From Callorhinchus milii (Eukaryota), in contig NW_024704743.1 in the NCBI RefSeq assembly GCF_018977255.1, forward strand, positions 67,768,001 through 67,832,000: DNA of 64,000 nt, in the 5' to 3' direction. A program made the position numbers and the translations under genes. The notes under the pieces were generated by a model that was not told where the DNA came from, searched no databases, and worked only from the letters and a program-made list of their open reading frames with translations. Shown here piece after piece: positions 50,103 through 63,674 of the stretch. Numbering within the stretch: the stretch's first letter is position 1; the number at the start of each line of letters is the position of its first letter.

Positions 50103-51859
50103 ATGCTTCCTTCAAGAAGTAAGTGATATTATCAGCACTTCTGTGCCCAACACACATGAAGTGACATGAAGTGACATCAGTGGTGACCTGATGACCCTGG
50201 TAGTCAGGTATATTTTTTTTTGCATGGTCAGAGTCGGAAGCCATTGCACAAGACTTCTAGTTAGTGTGGGGCCACAGGATACCAGTACAATGAGTGAAGC
50301 TGTGTAATATCTGAGGACATTATAATGGGGTTCCTATGTATTTATCAGCACAATTCTGACCCGGGCCACAAGTCTCATACCCGGGCCACTGAAATTATGT
50401 CTGTATAAGATTTGGAGGAAACTGAAGAGTCATAATCTATGAAAAATGTTTTTCCTGCAATACGTGCTGTTTAATGCATTTTACTCGCATTAGACCTCTT
50501 GAATTTGGGTTAGGGTTAGGTTTGAATGTAAAATAACCTAAAATCAGCCCACTGGAATATATCAGTAATATTCTTGAATAGATTTTAAGGCCAGTGCATA
50601 TCACACGAGGCAGGATATCAAAATGCTGAGCTTTACTGGAATTTTACATGGTTTTATTGAATAAGTCATAAATCCATTAAAATAATTTTTAAGATCCATT
50701 ATAAGTGGGTGACTCAGTCATGCACTGCAAGGCTTTTCAAAACCTTCTTGAAGCAAAGGAAGCCTTTATTTCGCTCACAAAATACGCAGTCAATTCACTT
50801 CACAGTATTCTGTAAGCACTTTGAGACCTCTCAACGACATGTAAGATGCTATACCAAATGCTAGGATTATTATTATAAGCCTTTATTTAAAATAGTTAAA
50901 AGTATATTTCTCCACCCCCAACCCCATGCACACACATAGTGAAATAAAGAGCTTTAAGAAGTTTCCTGCAAGGCATAATTCTGCAATGTTGTTCTCTCCA
51001 ACAGCAGAGCTGAATATATGACAAGATAGGCTAAATAATAAATTTTCACATTTGATATAGCACCTTATCACATCATAAATACATCTCAAAATACTTCACA
51101 GGATTTTACTGTGAAGCATAGTTACTGTTTATTGTCAGCAAAAGAAATATTAGAAAGATACAGGGCAAAAAAAACATACAGAAAACTATGAATTTTCAGG
51201 TAATTTGCAGATCACGTTGATCACTGTGTAAATGATGTGTACAGAGGTATTAAATAAGTAACCAATGAAAGGAAATCTGTAATCGATTCCATTGGGTAAT
51301 TTTGTAATGGTTTACACAACTCACAAATTAGATCCTACTGTTAGCAATTTAAAGCATTCTACTTTCAAAAAGGAAATAAAGAGGGGTCAGCAAAGAGCAA
51401 CAGTAAGGACTAAAAGACTTCTAGGTTATGAGGAAATATGCAAAAAATCAATTTTTTTTAAACAAGACTGAAGGGTTTGATCTAAGTCTTTAAAATACTG
51501 CAAGTTCTAAATGTTATAGAAGTAAACAGGCCATTGTAATTTAGACCCTACGGGCACAACTGAAGGATGCAGCTTTAAAACTAACATGCCCCAAATGAGA
51601 CTGGGGAATAGAAGGATTTTTTTCCCACAGAAATATGAATACGTGGAACAGATACCCAGCAAAAGCATCTGATGCTACAATGGATTAAAGCTGTCAGAAT
51701 AATACATTTATTGAGAACAGGATTGGAGGTTCAAAGGATTGGTCCAGTGTGAGATGCATTAACACCACATGGTACATAATCGTTTGCTTGTGTACTGCTA
51801 GGGGGAAGGGAAGAAATAGCTTGTATAAGCAAGTAGACTCGGGTTAAATGGCAACAATA

Positions 51860-52177
51860 ATAATCTCTGCATTGGATATAGTGCCATATCATATCTTTGC
51901 AATGTCTCGAAGCACTACTCATAGGATTTTATTGGACACCAGGAGAAACTCCCTACTCTTTTTGAATAGTGCCATGGGATCTTTATTGTCCACCTGAATA
52001 GACAGACAAACGATCTTGATTTAATATCTAATCCACAGGACGGCATCCCCAACAATGTAGCATTCCTATAGCTCTGTATTGGAGTGTCAGCCGAGACTTT
52101 GTGAGCGCAAAGTCCCGAAGTGGGGCCTGAACCCACAACCTTATGATTCAGAAGAGAGAGTGTTACCAACTGAGCCG
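51860..52177 (-). mobile_element. Old DeuSINE
   Basis: GGACACCAGGAGAAACTCCCTACTCTTTTTGAATAGTGCCATGGGATCTTTA...head GAGTGTTACCAACTGAGCC. Confidence 0.8.
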
Positions 52178-53601
52178 TATTATAGTATATAAAGATTAAT
52201 TAAAATGCTGGCATTTTGCTTAACTTCCTTTCATATTTAGTATGGACTTTCACAAGAAACATTGTTTGGAAAGTACAGATTACTATAAACATGTGGCTCA
52301 TGTACCCATCAATAAGCCTTTTTCATTAGGATCACCTTCAAACACAACATGATCTCATTACTTTTACAATATCTTTATTGGCCTTTCAAAGCCAACTAAA
52401 TTTTAATAGGAAAAGACTTTTCAGGACGCCCCTTAGGTGATATGTGGGAGGAGCTTTGGGTTTCAGACTGTAAACTAGTGATTTCTGGCAGGATTAATGA
52501 ATCATAACTCAAATTAATCTGCCAATGGCATTGCACTGCTGTGCACTATAAGATCAATCCACAAGGTTCATGTCTTTGTTGGAAGCAATGTGGTGATCTA
52601 ATCAAACTGCGCTATACTTTTCTGCAGTTGGCAATACCTTCGTTTTCTTTGTCTTCTATTTGTTTTCTATTCTTGTAAATCCCCGGAACGACAACTTTGA
52701 ACTTCCCTTCAAGATACAGTTAGGAAGAGAGTGGGCAAATATCTTTGTGCTAAGGCTTTTATACTATTTCTTACAATTGACACTGTGCCTTATCATATCA
52801 CGGAGACTATGCATTTGTTGGCAAACATGGCAGCCAATGTGCAGACAGCAATATCCCACAAACAGCCATGAAGTGAGTGACTGATTTGATTTGAGGGAAT
52901 GTTGGTCGGGACAGTGGGAGAAGCTCTCTTCTCTTTCACATTGTGTCACGGGATCTTTAACATAGAGCTGAACAAGCATACATGGGACCTCGGTTCAACA
53001 CATCGTAAGGAGAGCACATCTATGCCCCGAGGCAAAGTGCCTTCAACCACTATGCCCCGAGGCTCTGGAACTCCCTTCCTCACTCCCTTCGCCTCGCCCC
53101 TCTCTTCCTATTTTCAGGTCTCTGCTGAAGACCTTTCTTTTTGACCGCGCCTTTGGTCACCTTCCTCCCCCTGGCTCGGTCCTGGGATCCGTTACTGTGA
53201 AGCGCTCTGAGATGCCGTCCGGTGTGGAGGGCACTATATAAATCAAGTTGTTGTTATTGTTGTTGTATCTAACAATGTAGTTTCCCTAGTGTCAATCTAA
53301 ATTGTGAGCTACATTTGCAGTTAGATCAACTAACTCAGAGCATTGATCACAATCCTTGATGTGCTTTCATTCCCCAGCACCTCCCTATCTCTCTCCGACC
53401 TACTTGTTCCCCACTCCGCTGTCTTTATAGACCTGTTGCTGTGTGTCCCCACCCCTCTGCGCAATCGTCAGTGGCTATGCCATCAGTCACTACACCTCTA
53501 ACCTCAGGAAGTCCCTGCCTCAAACCCTCTGCCTCACCTCCTCTTTATCCATCTTTAAATCCCACCTTAAGGCTTACCTCTTCAAATGCACCCATGATCA
53601 C

Positions 53602-54468
53602 TGTTAGAATATACACTTTTTGTATACTGCTAGAATCATAATAGATGTTGTGAATTGGTTAACTGTTAAGTTAAGTGTGGGGGGCAACTGGACTGGCAGT
53701 CATGGGATAGGACACATCTGTTTTTCTCTGTTTTTGAAAGAATAATGGACAGGGGCAGGGGATCACCTCTTATCAGTAAATGACAACAAGCTACAGAGGT
53801 AACGGTCCAAGGTACCAGTCGACACAGGATCTCGACTGAGCAATAAGTCGCTAGATTCTGACAGGACCTGCCAAGCGACAAAAGGCAACCCTCAAGAATA
53901 GCAACTAATGAGCAAGTTGCTTAAACTAGAGGACCTTGGTACCATCCCGGGATACTGATAAGAAATAACCAGTCACTTAAAAGCAATGTACTAATGATCC
54001 CACACCACAAAATAATGAGCACCAGATACAGTCCTAAACTGATAAATCCTCTATCTTAGACAATTAGATCAGATAACGGGGGTCTTAAGGACAATGTGTA
54101 TGTGCGCTGAGGCACGTACACCCCATGAGGTGTTCACGTGAACCCAGCATGATTTTGGCCCGGTGACCTAATGTCCGCACCATGATTGGATGGACACAAG
54201 CTTAAGACACCGTTCCAGACCAAGATCGGCACGCGCCCAGGACAGTACCTACCGTGGATGGAAGACTGAGAGCTGGAAGACAGAAGTAGACGACCACGAG
54301 GAGGAATTACGCGGTAGTATTGTTCTGTTAGTAAATTGATTGATTGTGCTTACTTGCCCACGCCCTTCGGGAACTTGGACGGATCCTGGAGTTTAATAAA
54401 CACTACTCTGGTTGCAAACAGTGGTTGTGTTTGATTGGAACTCGAAAAGAAGATTTTATTTTCTAACA
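53602..54468 (+). mobile_element. Solo LTR (ERV or Gypsy type) inserted in an L2 3' fragment
   Basis: Termini TGTTAGAA...TTCTAACA (8-bp perfect inverted repeat, TG..CA); 4-bp TSD TCAC/TCGC; AATAAA at 54395-54400; the L2 sequence (53380-53601) appears to resume at 54469. Confidence 0.8.
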
Positions 54469-56723
54469 TCGCCTCCCTCTCTCCCTCCCTTCCCCTTTTC
54501 CCTTGCCTGTTATCCAATACTGCCTGTGTGGCACTCAAATACTATCCTGATTGAAGGGGGAGCTATAGAAATGCAAGCTGCTATGGTTCCATTGTGGCCA
54601 CCAGTCACATTCAGCAATCATCTTGACACTATACATTAAATTCAAATGAAAGGAAATGCACTCACACTAAATTTGGGATTCTGGTTTCTACATCTCAGGG
54701 CTATTAATCCATATCAGACATTAAACTGAATTCAAACTGACAGTGAGATATGGTGTCACATATTTTTATTACAGTATTTGAGTGGTTGTCCTCTACTTGC
54801 ATGAATCATAACATCTAAACTATAAATGGTTTTGTAAGCCCAGTTTAAGTGCTTCACATGGATGAATCTCCAAGATGTTACTCTACATGAAGGATGCTAT
54901 GTTATTGTTATTGAATCTTAATAGGCATATCAGATATTTCTTGCACATTGCTTCAACCCTAATCTGTATGAGAAGTCACATGAATAAAAATATTGCCTGT
55001 CATGGAGTCTAATATTTAGTAACAATATGTAAAAACTTAACCTTTGAAGTTGTGATAAACAATACCTTGGATTGCAGGCATTGAGGTTACATTGATAATG
55101 CATAATTGTGTCTCCAGCTGTAAGACCATTTCTGAAATGCTACCTTTCAGCAGCTGCAAAAATAATTATATACCAAACTAATTTGACTTTGCCATTTTAT
55201 TTTTCTTCATGTTCCATATGAGAGTTCATTGATCCAGGTGCATTAGCCTGATTCCAGGGATCCTCTCACTTAGGTTTAGCATTTCTCAAATCCACCAAGT
55301 TATTTTTCCCCTCTCATTAAACATTCCTAGCAATCATGCATGCTGGAATAATGACAGCTCAAGGACATGATAGGCTGCTATTGGCAGCTTCTTAGCATTC
55401 TTCTATAATGTCCTCAGCTGCCTGACTTTTCAAACCTGTTCTGCAGGGCATGGTGACTGGCAGCTCATAGCAGTGGAAATGCAAACCATTCCTGGCCTTC
55501 AAATAATGACAACCGTGGTGCCTCCAGTGCTTTGAAATTATTTTGGTTCAGATAGAATGGGGGCGAGAGATGGGAATTCTTAGCTAAGTAACACAAAGAC
55601 TTATCATTTCTTCTCAACAATGAAGTCACATTTAAAGTAGTGCCTGTGAAACAGCACTGGACTCCAGCAATCACATTGAAATGGAAAATAAATGAATCGT
55701 AAGCACTGGTAAATGTAATTGCATTGTTTACACATTGATATATTATACTGCATCTCTGTAACATTTATCTTATTGCAGCATGTGAAATTACATTATTCCA
55801 CTGTCTGATGACATCTGTTTGGAATTCAAAGCAAAACTTGAGGCAGAAAAGGATGAAGGTGCATCCTCATGGAGAAATTCCTCTGGAGACTGATAACAAC
55901 AAGCAGCAGTCAGAATAATGCTTTTCTTTCAGAGCACTGAATGTTTGGCAAACCCAGTAACAGCAATGACATATAGCACATGTGTGTAGACATAAATGCA
56001 TGCCCACAAACACACACAAGCATATACACATAACAACCCTAGTATCAGAATGATGTCTCAAAGCACTTCACAGGATTTACTGTGAAGTGGAATGACTGCG
56101 CATTTGTAGGCGGACTCTGCACCTGTTTGTGCACAGCAATATCCCACGGACAGCTATGACCAATTTTATTTATGTGGAGAATGTGTCAGATCTTAATGAA
56201 AAATAAAATCAAAATAAGCCACTGAGTGGCATATCATATGGCCCTGCATAGAACTGACAAGCATCATCAAATCCATCTGAATACATTGCTTTGCATCAGC
56301 TACATCGGTTGATGTGTATTTCAGGACCACAGGTTCCAGTGCCCTTGTTTCAAAATATAAATCATTAGTTTTTATATTTAAATGTTTGAGCATCTCAGAT
56401 AATGCAGATATGGAAGATTTGGCAAGTGAATGTGCAGTTGATGTTGCAATGCATTGGATGTCAGCACTGTCAGGAGCTCAGTGTGTGATGATGGAAACCA
56501 CTAGGAAGATCTTTTAATTTGGTTTGGAGAACAGCAGGGAAAATAAGTAAGATAGACAGCAAAAATGTAATGGAGTGACAGACCAGCACATGCAATTAAT
56601 GTTTTGAATTCTATACATCAATGGGTCAAAAGGTTATAGGCTCAAAGTAATGGAGTTTGAGTTTGCAGTCAAGACTGACAATACTGTGTAGTACTGAGCA
56701 AGCACTGCATTGTTTTAAGTGCT

Positions 56724-57142
56724 GTCAGCCCAGCTCAGATGATAGGAATCTCATCTCTGAGTCAGAAAGTTGTGGGAACAAACCCATCTAGTCATGCTGA
56801 AACTCCAGCCAGTGCTTGGGGTGGGGCTGGCGGCAGTGTTGGATGTGTGGTCCTGCAGATGAGACTTAAAATCTGGGCCCAGTCTGCCTGTCGAGGTGGA
56901 TGTTAAAGATCCCATGAAAAGAAGGCACTTTCTCCCTGGATCCTGGCCAACAACCCCCCAAATAACATTGGTGAATGGGAGAAGCTCACTCCATGACTGT
57001 TTGTAGGACATAGCTGTGCAAAATTAGCTGCCAGGTTTTACCCACACATTAACACAGTTGCTACACGTCACAGTAAAATCTTGTGAAGTGCTTTGAGACA
57101 CCAACGACATGATAAGGCATTATAGCAAATGCAAGAATTATT
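56724..57142 (+). mobile_element. Old DeuSINE, full length
   Basis: Head GTCAGCCCAGCTCAG...CTCTGAGTCAGAAAGTTGTGGG, Deu core GATGTTAAAGATCCCATG...TCCTGGCCAAC, L2-type tail. Confidence 0.82.
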
Positions 57143-59440
57143 GGATCTCTGTAAGGTTATGAGTTTGCAGTTGTCCACTGCAGTATGTGGACAGTGAAGT
57201 GGTTATTCTTGAAAACAGCACTCCCATGTGTATAATACATAGCCTGCACTGACACCATATAAAATCAGACAGAATATTTCATTAGTGACAAACAACTGAT
57301 GAGGACTGCAAGTGTAATTGACCTCCAGCTCATGAACATTACTGTTGTACACAGACAATCTTGGTCGGGAAATAGCAGCATTTTCCTGCTTTTTGCAGGA
57401 AGAAAAAGGAGAAAACTATTGGAGCATTCAAAAGGTGGTGTTTTCCTCCATATCGAGAAGCTTGTCATAAATGGAACAACAATATCAGCAAACTACTTAA
57501 GAAATTAATGTTAAAAGGTACAAGAAACATTTTATGATAAGGTTCGATGTGATAAGGCTCCATAAAAAGTTATTTCTTTCAAGTTCATCATATAGTACAC
57601 ATCACCATGGACAGAGAGAGAGAGAGAAAGATAAGTCAATAAGTGATTAGGTGAGGGCCAGCTCAGCTTTCAACATCTTGTACATTGAAAGGACTTGAGA
57701 GGTGAGGGGTTCGCAGTCTTGAGAGTCTGGGAAATAGTGAATTTCGACTCAGTGAAGGAGGGGGCGTGGGAGAGGAAGTATATAAAGGGGTGTATTTGGA
57801 GCTTGTAAGGTATGAAATTGTAGTCGGATTCAAAGCTGTTGACTCTCACCTCTTGTTTAAGCTCAGGCACTGGCTGTAGGTTAATAACAAAATATATCGC
57901 TGGCACCATACCTACTGTTAACATCTTCAACTTCATAAGTCTCAATGTCCACCTTGGCATTGAACCAGCCAAGCTGGCTGTATTTGTTTGCGTTCAGTAA
58001 ACTAACCCATTTCACTTAAGTCCCAAGGTATAGGGAAGCTGGGAGGGAGAGAAGTGGTCTAAGTATCACTGTGCTGCTCCACTGTGATTAATGAGGGAAA
58101 AGTGTCTGGAAAGCTACTAAATATAGTCTGTCCATAAAGTAAGATTAAAGTGCTTGTAAGACTACTTGGATCTAAAATGAAAGCAATTCACCAAAGATGC
58201 TATACACAAAACATTTATGGGCTCCTTAAATGGTGCTGAACAAACATTTACACAGGAGTTGAGCAATAAAAAGTGTACTTTCAAGCAACCAGTGGTTTAT
58301 TTTATTCACATCATCAGTAAGGAGGCTATTCAGCAGGGCGGAGCATTGAAGTCACAGCGTGCAAGTGTCACAATAGTGAAAGATGAAGTTTCACAACAAA
58401 TTTGATGACAGAAATTTGATCAAGAAGGCCCTTCAGACCAGTATCTCAACCTGCCAGATCACCCACCCTACCGTCCTCGCGTCACAGCATCAAGCTTTTT
58501 TGTAATATAAATGAGTTCCATGTCCTGGCTTCAAAGACCCTTCTTAACATCCTGTGCTGTTGTTATAATAATCCTTGCATTGGCATTGCGCCTTTTACAT
58601 GGGGAGGACGGTTTTAAGCACTTCGATTTACAGTGAAGTGACTGCATGTGTAGGTGAACCTGGAACAGCAATTGCGCACAGCAATGTCCCGCAAACAGCC
58701 ATGAAATGAAAGACCAATTGGGGGGTGGGGGTTTGTTGGCCAGGACACCAGGAGAAATTATGCTCTGGGTAAAGAAAAACATCTTGGGTCTGTCCTGAAA
58801 TTGATCTTTGAAATGTTAAACCTATGTCCAGCGCTTTGAGATGTCCTCCTGATATGAAAGACGGTTTACAAATATAATTTGTTGTTGTTATCCTGCTTTC
58901 TTGGTGCAGCTGCAAGAATTGTTCTTGGTTCTTGTCCAATCCAATTTAAAAGGCTATACACCTCCAAGGCGCATTGAAAATGTTAATAAACAATACTATT
59001 CTAGTCAAGGATTATTGACTAGTTTTGAGTACAATGACTTGAAGCCTCATTGCAAAATTGTATAGGACAAACTGACAAAAACTATCCTGTTGAACTCACT
59101 CATGCATTGGGGAGAAGGGAATGGAAGGGTATGTGAGAACAGTAGAGAGAGGACAGAGATTCATGTGGGATGTAAAAAATGGCACAGAATAGTTGGATCA
59201 AATGGCCTGTGTTCGTGCTGTACGATCTATACAATTCTATGCATGGAGTGCATAGGCACAATAAGTCCATTTGTTTAGTTATTTGTGTAATGCTCCAATT
59301 TTTCAAATAAGGTTTCCCTGGCTACCAATATTTTGAGGTCTAATCATACCACAAGTTTCCTTTGTGCAGTTCCTGCCAGGCTTGGAGAAAGTCCTTAAAA
59401 TTGACATTTCTCATTGTATTGAGTTCCTTGAGTTTGACTG

Positions 59441-59711
59441 ATAATAATAATAATAATCCTTGCATTTGATATAGCACTTTTCATGTCTTCTCAACATCTC
59501 AAAGCGCTTCACAGAAGACCGTGTGCACAGCAGTGTCCCACAAACAGTCGTGGATTGAAAATGACCAATTTATTATTGTTTTGTTTTGGAGGGATTATTA
59601 TTAGGTGTGTGGAATAAGGAAACTTGCCCAAGGTTTCGCCCCGCCAGGAAATGAACCTAGGTGTCTCGCTTGCAAGGCGAGTGCTCTAACCACTGAGCTA
59701 CAGGACCCCAC
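59441..59711 (-). mobile_element. tRNA-Ala-headed SINE, short form, with an internal deletion
   Basis: Intact head and tail; about 50 bp of the Deu 3' region is missing near 59518. Confidence 0.88.
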
Positions 59712-60304
59712 TCTTAACATGCTTTTTATATATACATTTTGAATTTCTTCTTTCAGCAAAGCTGATTACTTCACTCAAATAATTAGCAATGTAATTGTCT
59801 GCAATCAACTGTTTGAATACTTTCACAATGCAGTGTATACAAATGAGTCATGGTCATACTGTTTAGCACCAATCATGTGGAGAGAGAATATACCTTGCCA
59901 CAACGCTGTGTGTTTCAAGAATTTGTTTAAAGGGATTTCTGTTCAGCTGTTACCATGATGCAAACGCAGGTTTTAAAACACGTTATATTTTCAGTCAGGT
60001 TATTTGCTTGTGTGGAATTATATTTCTCTACTATTGCAAGCAATTAAAAAATACAGTCTTATGTTTTGTCAGCATTACATGATAGGCTCTACCTTCTGTG
60101 ATCAAATTAGTCAATTTAACTCTTCTGTTCACTTTGCAACCCTGGAGCTTCCCCCATTGCTGCCACCATAATGGTTTGATTTTGGTCAGCCAGGTGTCTG
60201 TCATGCAAAAAGCCTTCACCATGCTTAAGAATATCCAAACCAAACTACCGAGCAGTCCATATATATATATATACATATATATATGTGGGAATTTTCATTT
60301 GTCT

Positions 60305-60440
60305 GGTATGGAGTGCACACCTTCTCCGTGGAGGGACATATTGTGCTTAACTAATTCAAAAGACTTTATACCCAGTTTGGTGACAGCCAAGGCTTCGAAT
60401 CCCCACAATGTGCATCATGGCTGCTGATGAAGTTCAACTA
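60305..60440 (+). repeat. Unclassified interspersed repeat, copy 3 (decayed)
   Basis: GGAGTGCACACCTTCTCCGTGGAGGGA and GGTGACAGCCAAGGCTTCGAATCCCCACAATG match 13718-13820. Confidence 0.6.
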
Positions 60441-60649
60441 GCTAACAGTGGGAAACATATTGCTGCTTGACCAGCTTGGACAGCCAGTCTCCAAAGCAAG
60501 ACATTCATTGTAGAGATTCTTGTGTTGCAAATTGACAGAAACTGTGGCGACTCTCCCCACGTTCATACTGTTTACCATTTTAAAATTGTTTGCCAAGAAA
60601 ACAGAACAGAAAAAATACTGAGTTAGTACATAAATAAGTGTTCATTCTT

Positions 60650-61318
60650 CTACACCCCCAAGCACTTTCCCTCAGCCGCTGCTCTAATCGCCTCCTTTGC
60701 TGAATTCTCCCCACTCTCAACTTCTCTCTCCACATTAACTCTGCCACCCACATCCATGGTGACCCCCTTTAACTGGTGATTACCCAGGGCCTTACTATCT
60801 CGGACATCACCATCACTGGTAAAGCCATCGCAAATCATTATTTAATCTCCCTCAACTTCTTCATCTCACTCCTGGCCCCCCAGCTCACAACCATCTCGTC
60901 GAGTCTCGCCCTTACCTCAGACAAATCGTCCTTCTACTCTAGGATCATCCTGGAAGCCTCTGCCCTTGTATTGCCACCCCCTTTCCACCTCCCCCTCCGA
61001 CCTCCACCCATCTCTCCCTCCACACCTGTTTCTCCCCCTCCTCACTATTTGACTTGAGCCTTTCTGCTCCCACTGTCTGGAACTCCATTCCAGAGTCCCT
61101 TCGCTTCATCCCTTCCCTCAACTCCTTGAAGGTCTATCTCAAGATCTTCTTCTTTGACCATACCTTTGGCCATCTTCACACCTCCACCCCCATTGGCCTC
61201 CACCTCTCTTGAATCCATCCCCAATTCAGGTGCAAACCTTCGACTGTCCAGGGTTAGGAAATCCTTGGGATGTCCTCCTGAGTGAAAGGTGTTACACAAA
61301 TGCAATTTGTTGTTGTTT
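60650..61318 (+). mobile_element. Internally deleted L2 (endonuclease-region piece joined to the 3' end)
   Basis: The 5' part resembles the decayed APE-domain region (PTH..G..LDLVIT); the 3' part has SLKVYLKIFFFDH and a (TTG)n tail. Confidence 0.65.
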
Positions 61319-62911
61319 CTATAGTTCTTGTTTTACAATGAGCAGCAAGCAATCTAATACATATACCACAAGGAAGCCATTCATCCCACTGATCCTTTTT
61401 CGTTAATTTATTAGATCTTTTATTCAAATTTCCCCACCTTGTCTCCTATCCTCTTAATACCCAGCGCCTTGGGACATCCTCCCAACGTGAAAGGCTCTAT
61501 ACAAATGTAATTTGTTGTTGTTGTTACACTACTAGTATCTATCTCCCTTTTAAACAATGAGTGGTTGTGTGTGGAAATAACAGAACCACTTATACATCAG
61601 AGGCTTGTTAGCAGTCTTGACCTTAAGACAGCCATTATCATTACATTCAGCATTCTCTACAATTTTAACGAATTCTTAAATTCAGTCTTAAATTGCAAGC
61701 TGTATAAAAAACAGCTTCCAAATAAAGACTGAAATTAAGATTTTTCCACAATTCTGCAAAATCTGAAATTTAAAACAGTGGTTTTAAAGCTCAGCTATAT
61801 GAGAATATTTGACCTTCAGGTTTCACAGATGCAGCACCATTCATAAATTCATAAAATCAGATTACAGCCAATTTCATTTAACATTAACTATAAGAGTCTC
61901 AGATTCCACAATCTCACTGATTCTCCTTCTTTGCATTTCATTTGGCAGATAAGATTTTACAGGCATAAGCGGGTTTCCTGCTCCTCAGGGTGAGATCTTG
62001 AGCTTCTGAAAATTTACTGGTATCATTTTATGTTGGTACAGAGGGATACTTATTTGTGGATTAACAACACCTTAAAACTTGCAATCTAGCATTGCATACC
62101 ATCAGCTCAGTAGTTTTATCATGCAGGAGAGACTCAGGAAAAGGGGCCCTTAATTCAGGGGCAAGTACCTCTATTTATTTTCATAACATTGTCCTCGTCT
62201 CTTAGCGGTTAATTTGCAGCTCATTATTGTGGTTACAAGGTATTTGTAGGGAAAACAGTAGCATAAATGTAACTTCACACTGATGAAATTACCCCTGGAT
62301 TTAAAGTGCAGGATCTCCTCCAGGGACCTCATCTGCATCATGCTGATCGCATAGAACTAGACTCCAATGAGATCTCAGGTCAGATTCCATTTCTTGCAGG
62401 TCAATATGACTTCGCATGAGGTGTTCTGGAGGAGAAGCACTTTCCATCCAGGGGCATTTCTCCAGTGTGAGGCACCATTTACTAGGACACTGTGAAATAT
62501 TCCTTCTCTAGTCAAATAGTGTCCTGATTTTTTAAAGTCTATCTGCGCCCGCAGACAAAAACTTGGTTTAACACCGTATCTGAAGGACTGAACCTCTGAC
62601 ATTGCAACCCTATACTCATGTTGTCATCTAAGACTAAGCTAAAAGTGCTTGACATGGGACTTGAACCCACACGATGTTGACCCTGAGGCGAGAGTGCTCC
62701 AACTGAACAAAGCTGAGATGTTTTGAGCAGGTGCATTCCAGCTATTTCTCACACAACTGCCCTCTCTTCCAGCAGCACATTGGCTAAGAATCTCATGATT
62801 ATTGAAGCTTTTTTAAATAATAATAAGAATTACATTTGATATAGTCCTTTCCACATTGAGAGAACATATCAAAGCACTTAACAGGATCTTTACTCTAATG
62901 GTAAGTATTTT

Positions 62912-63075
62912 CAATAAACAAAAGGCAAAATACTGCACATGCGAGAAATCTGAAATCCTTTGATGTCTTTTTGTCAGTTCTGACGAAAGGTCATTGACCT
63001 GAAACGTTAACTCACTTTCCTCTCTCCATAGATGATGACTCACCTACTGAGTGTTCCCAGTGACTTCTATTTTTA
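62912..63075 (+). mobile_element. Penelope-like element terminal-repeat fragment (shark type)
   Basis: AAAATACTGC...AAATCTGAAAT...CTGACGAAAGGTCATTGACCTGAAACGTTAACT...TCTCTCCATAGATG...CCTACTGAGTGTTCCCAG. Confidence 0.7.
62976..63012 (+). ncRNA. Minimal type I hammerhead ribozyme motif
   Basis: Stem I AGTT, core CTGACGA, stem II AGGTC-ATT-GACCT, GAAA, palindromic stem III ACGT, GTT cleavage triplet, stem I' AACT. Confidence 0.65.
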
Positions 63076-63246
63076 TTACAATCATCAATAACCCTTGATT
63101 TGATATAGAGGCATCTCAAAGTATTTCACAGTATTTAGTGTAAAGTGCAGGAACTGAAATTTTTAGGCAAGCATGGCAGCCAATTTGCACACAGCAATGT
63201 CACACAAACAATCAAAATGTGTATTTTGTCAACAATATAAATAGGA

Positions 63247-63674
63247 ATAATAATATTTGCATTTCATATAGCACCTTATCATGTCGTTGAGACATCTCAA
63301 AGCGCTTCGCAGAATCTACTGTAAAACAAATTAGCTGTATATTTTAAGGGCAAAATGCGGCAGCCAATTGCGCACAACAGCGTCCCACAAACAGTCATTG
63401 ATTGACTAGCGATTGTTGGTCAGTACATTGGGAGAAACTCCCTTCTCTTTTTGAGTAGTTTTGAGTAGTATCTTTAAAATCCACCTGAACAGTCAGATGG
63501 GACCTCGGTTTAACATCTAATCCAAAGGACGGCACCTCTAACATTGCAACGCATCTGCAGTACTGTGTTGTATTTATTGTCAGCTTAGACTGTGTGAGTT
63601 CAAATCTCGAAATAGAGTGTGAACCTACAACCTTCTGACTCAGTGGTGAGAGTTCTTCACTGAGCCAGGCTGAC
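63247..63674 (-). mobile_element. DeuSINE, full length (old head)
   Basis: Tail, GCGGCAGCCAATTGCGCACA, Deu core and head GAACCTACAACCTTCTGACTCAG...CTGAGCCAGGCTGAC. Confidence 0.82.

Noticed and set aside
50505..50522. Interstitial telomeric repeat (GGGTTAGGGTTAGG)
   Set aside because: Only about two units, compatible with chance.
56193..56475. Open frame of ~90 codons on the minus strand
   Set aside because: No recognisable domain and no convincing splice sites.
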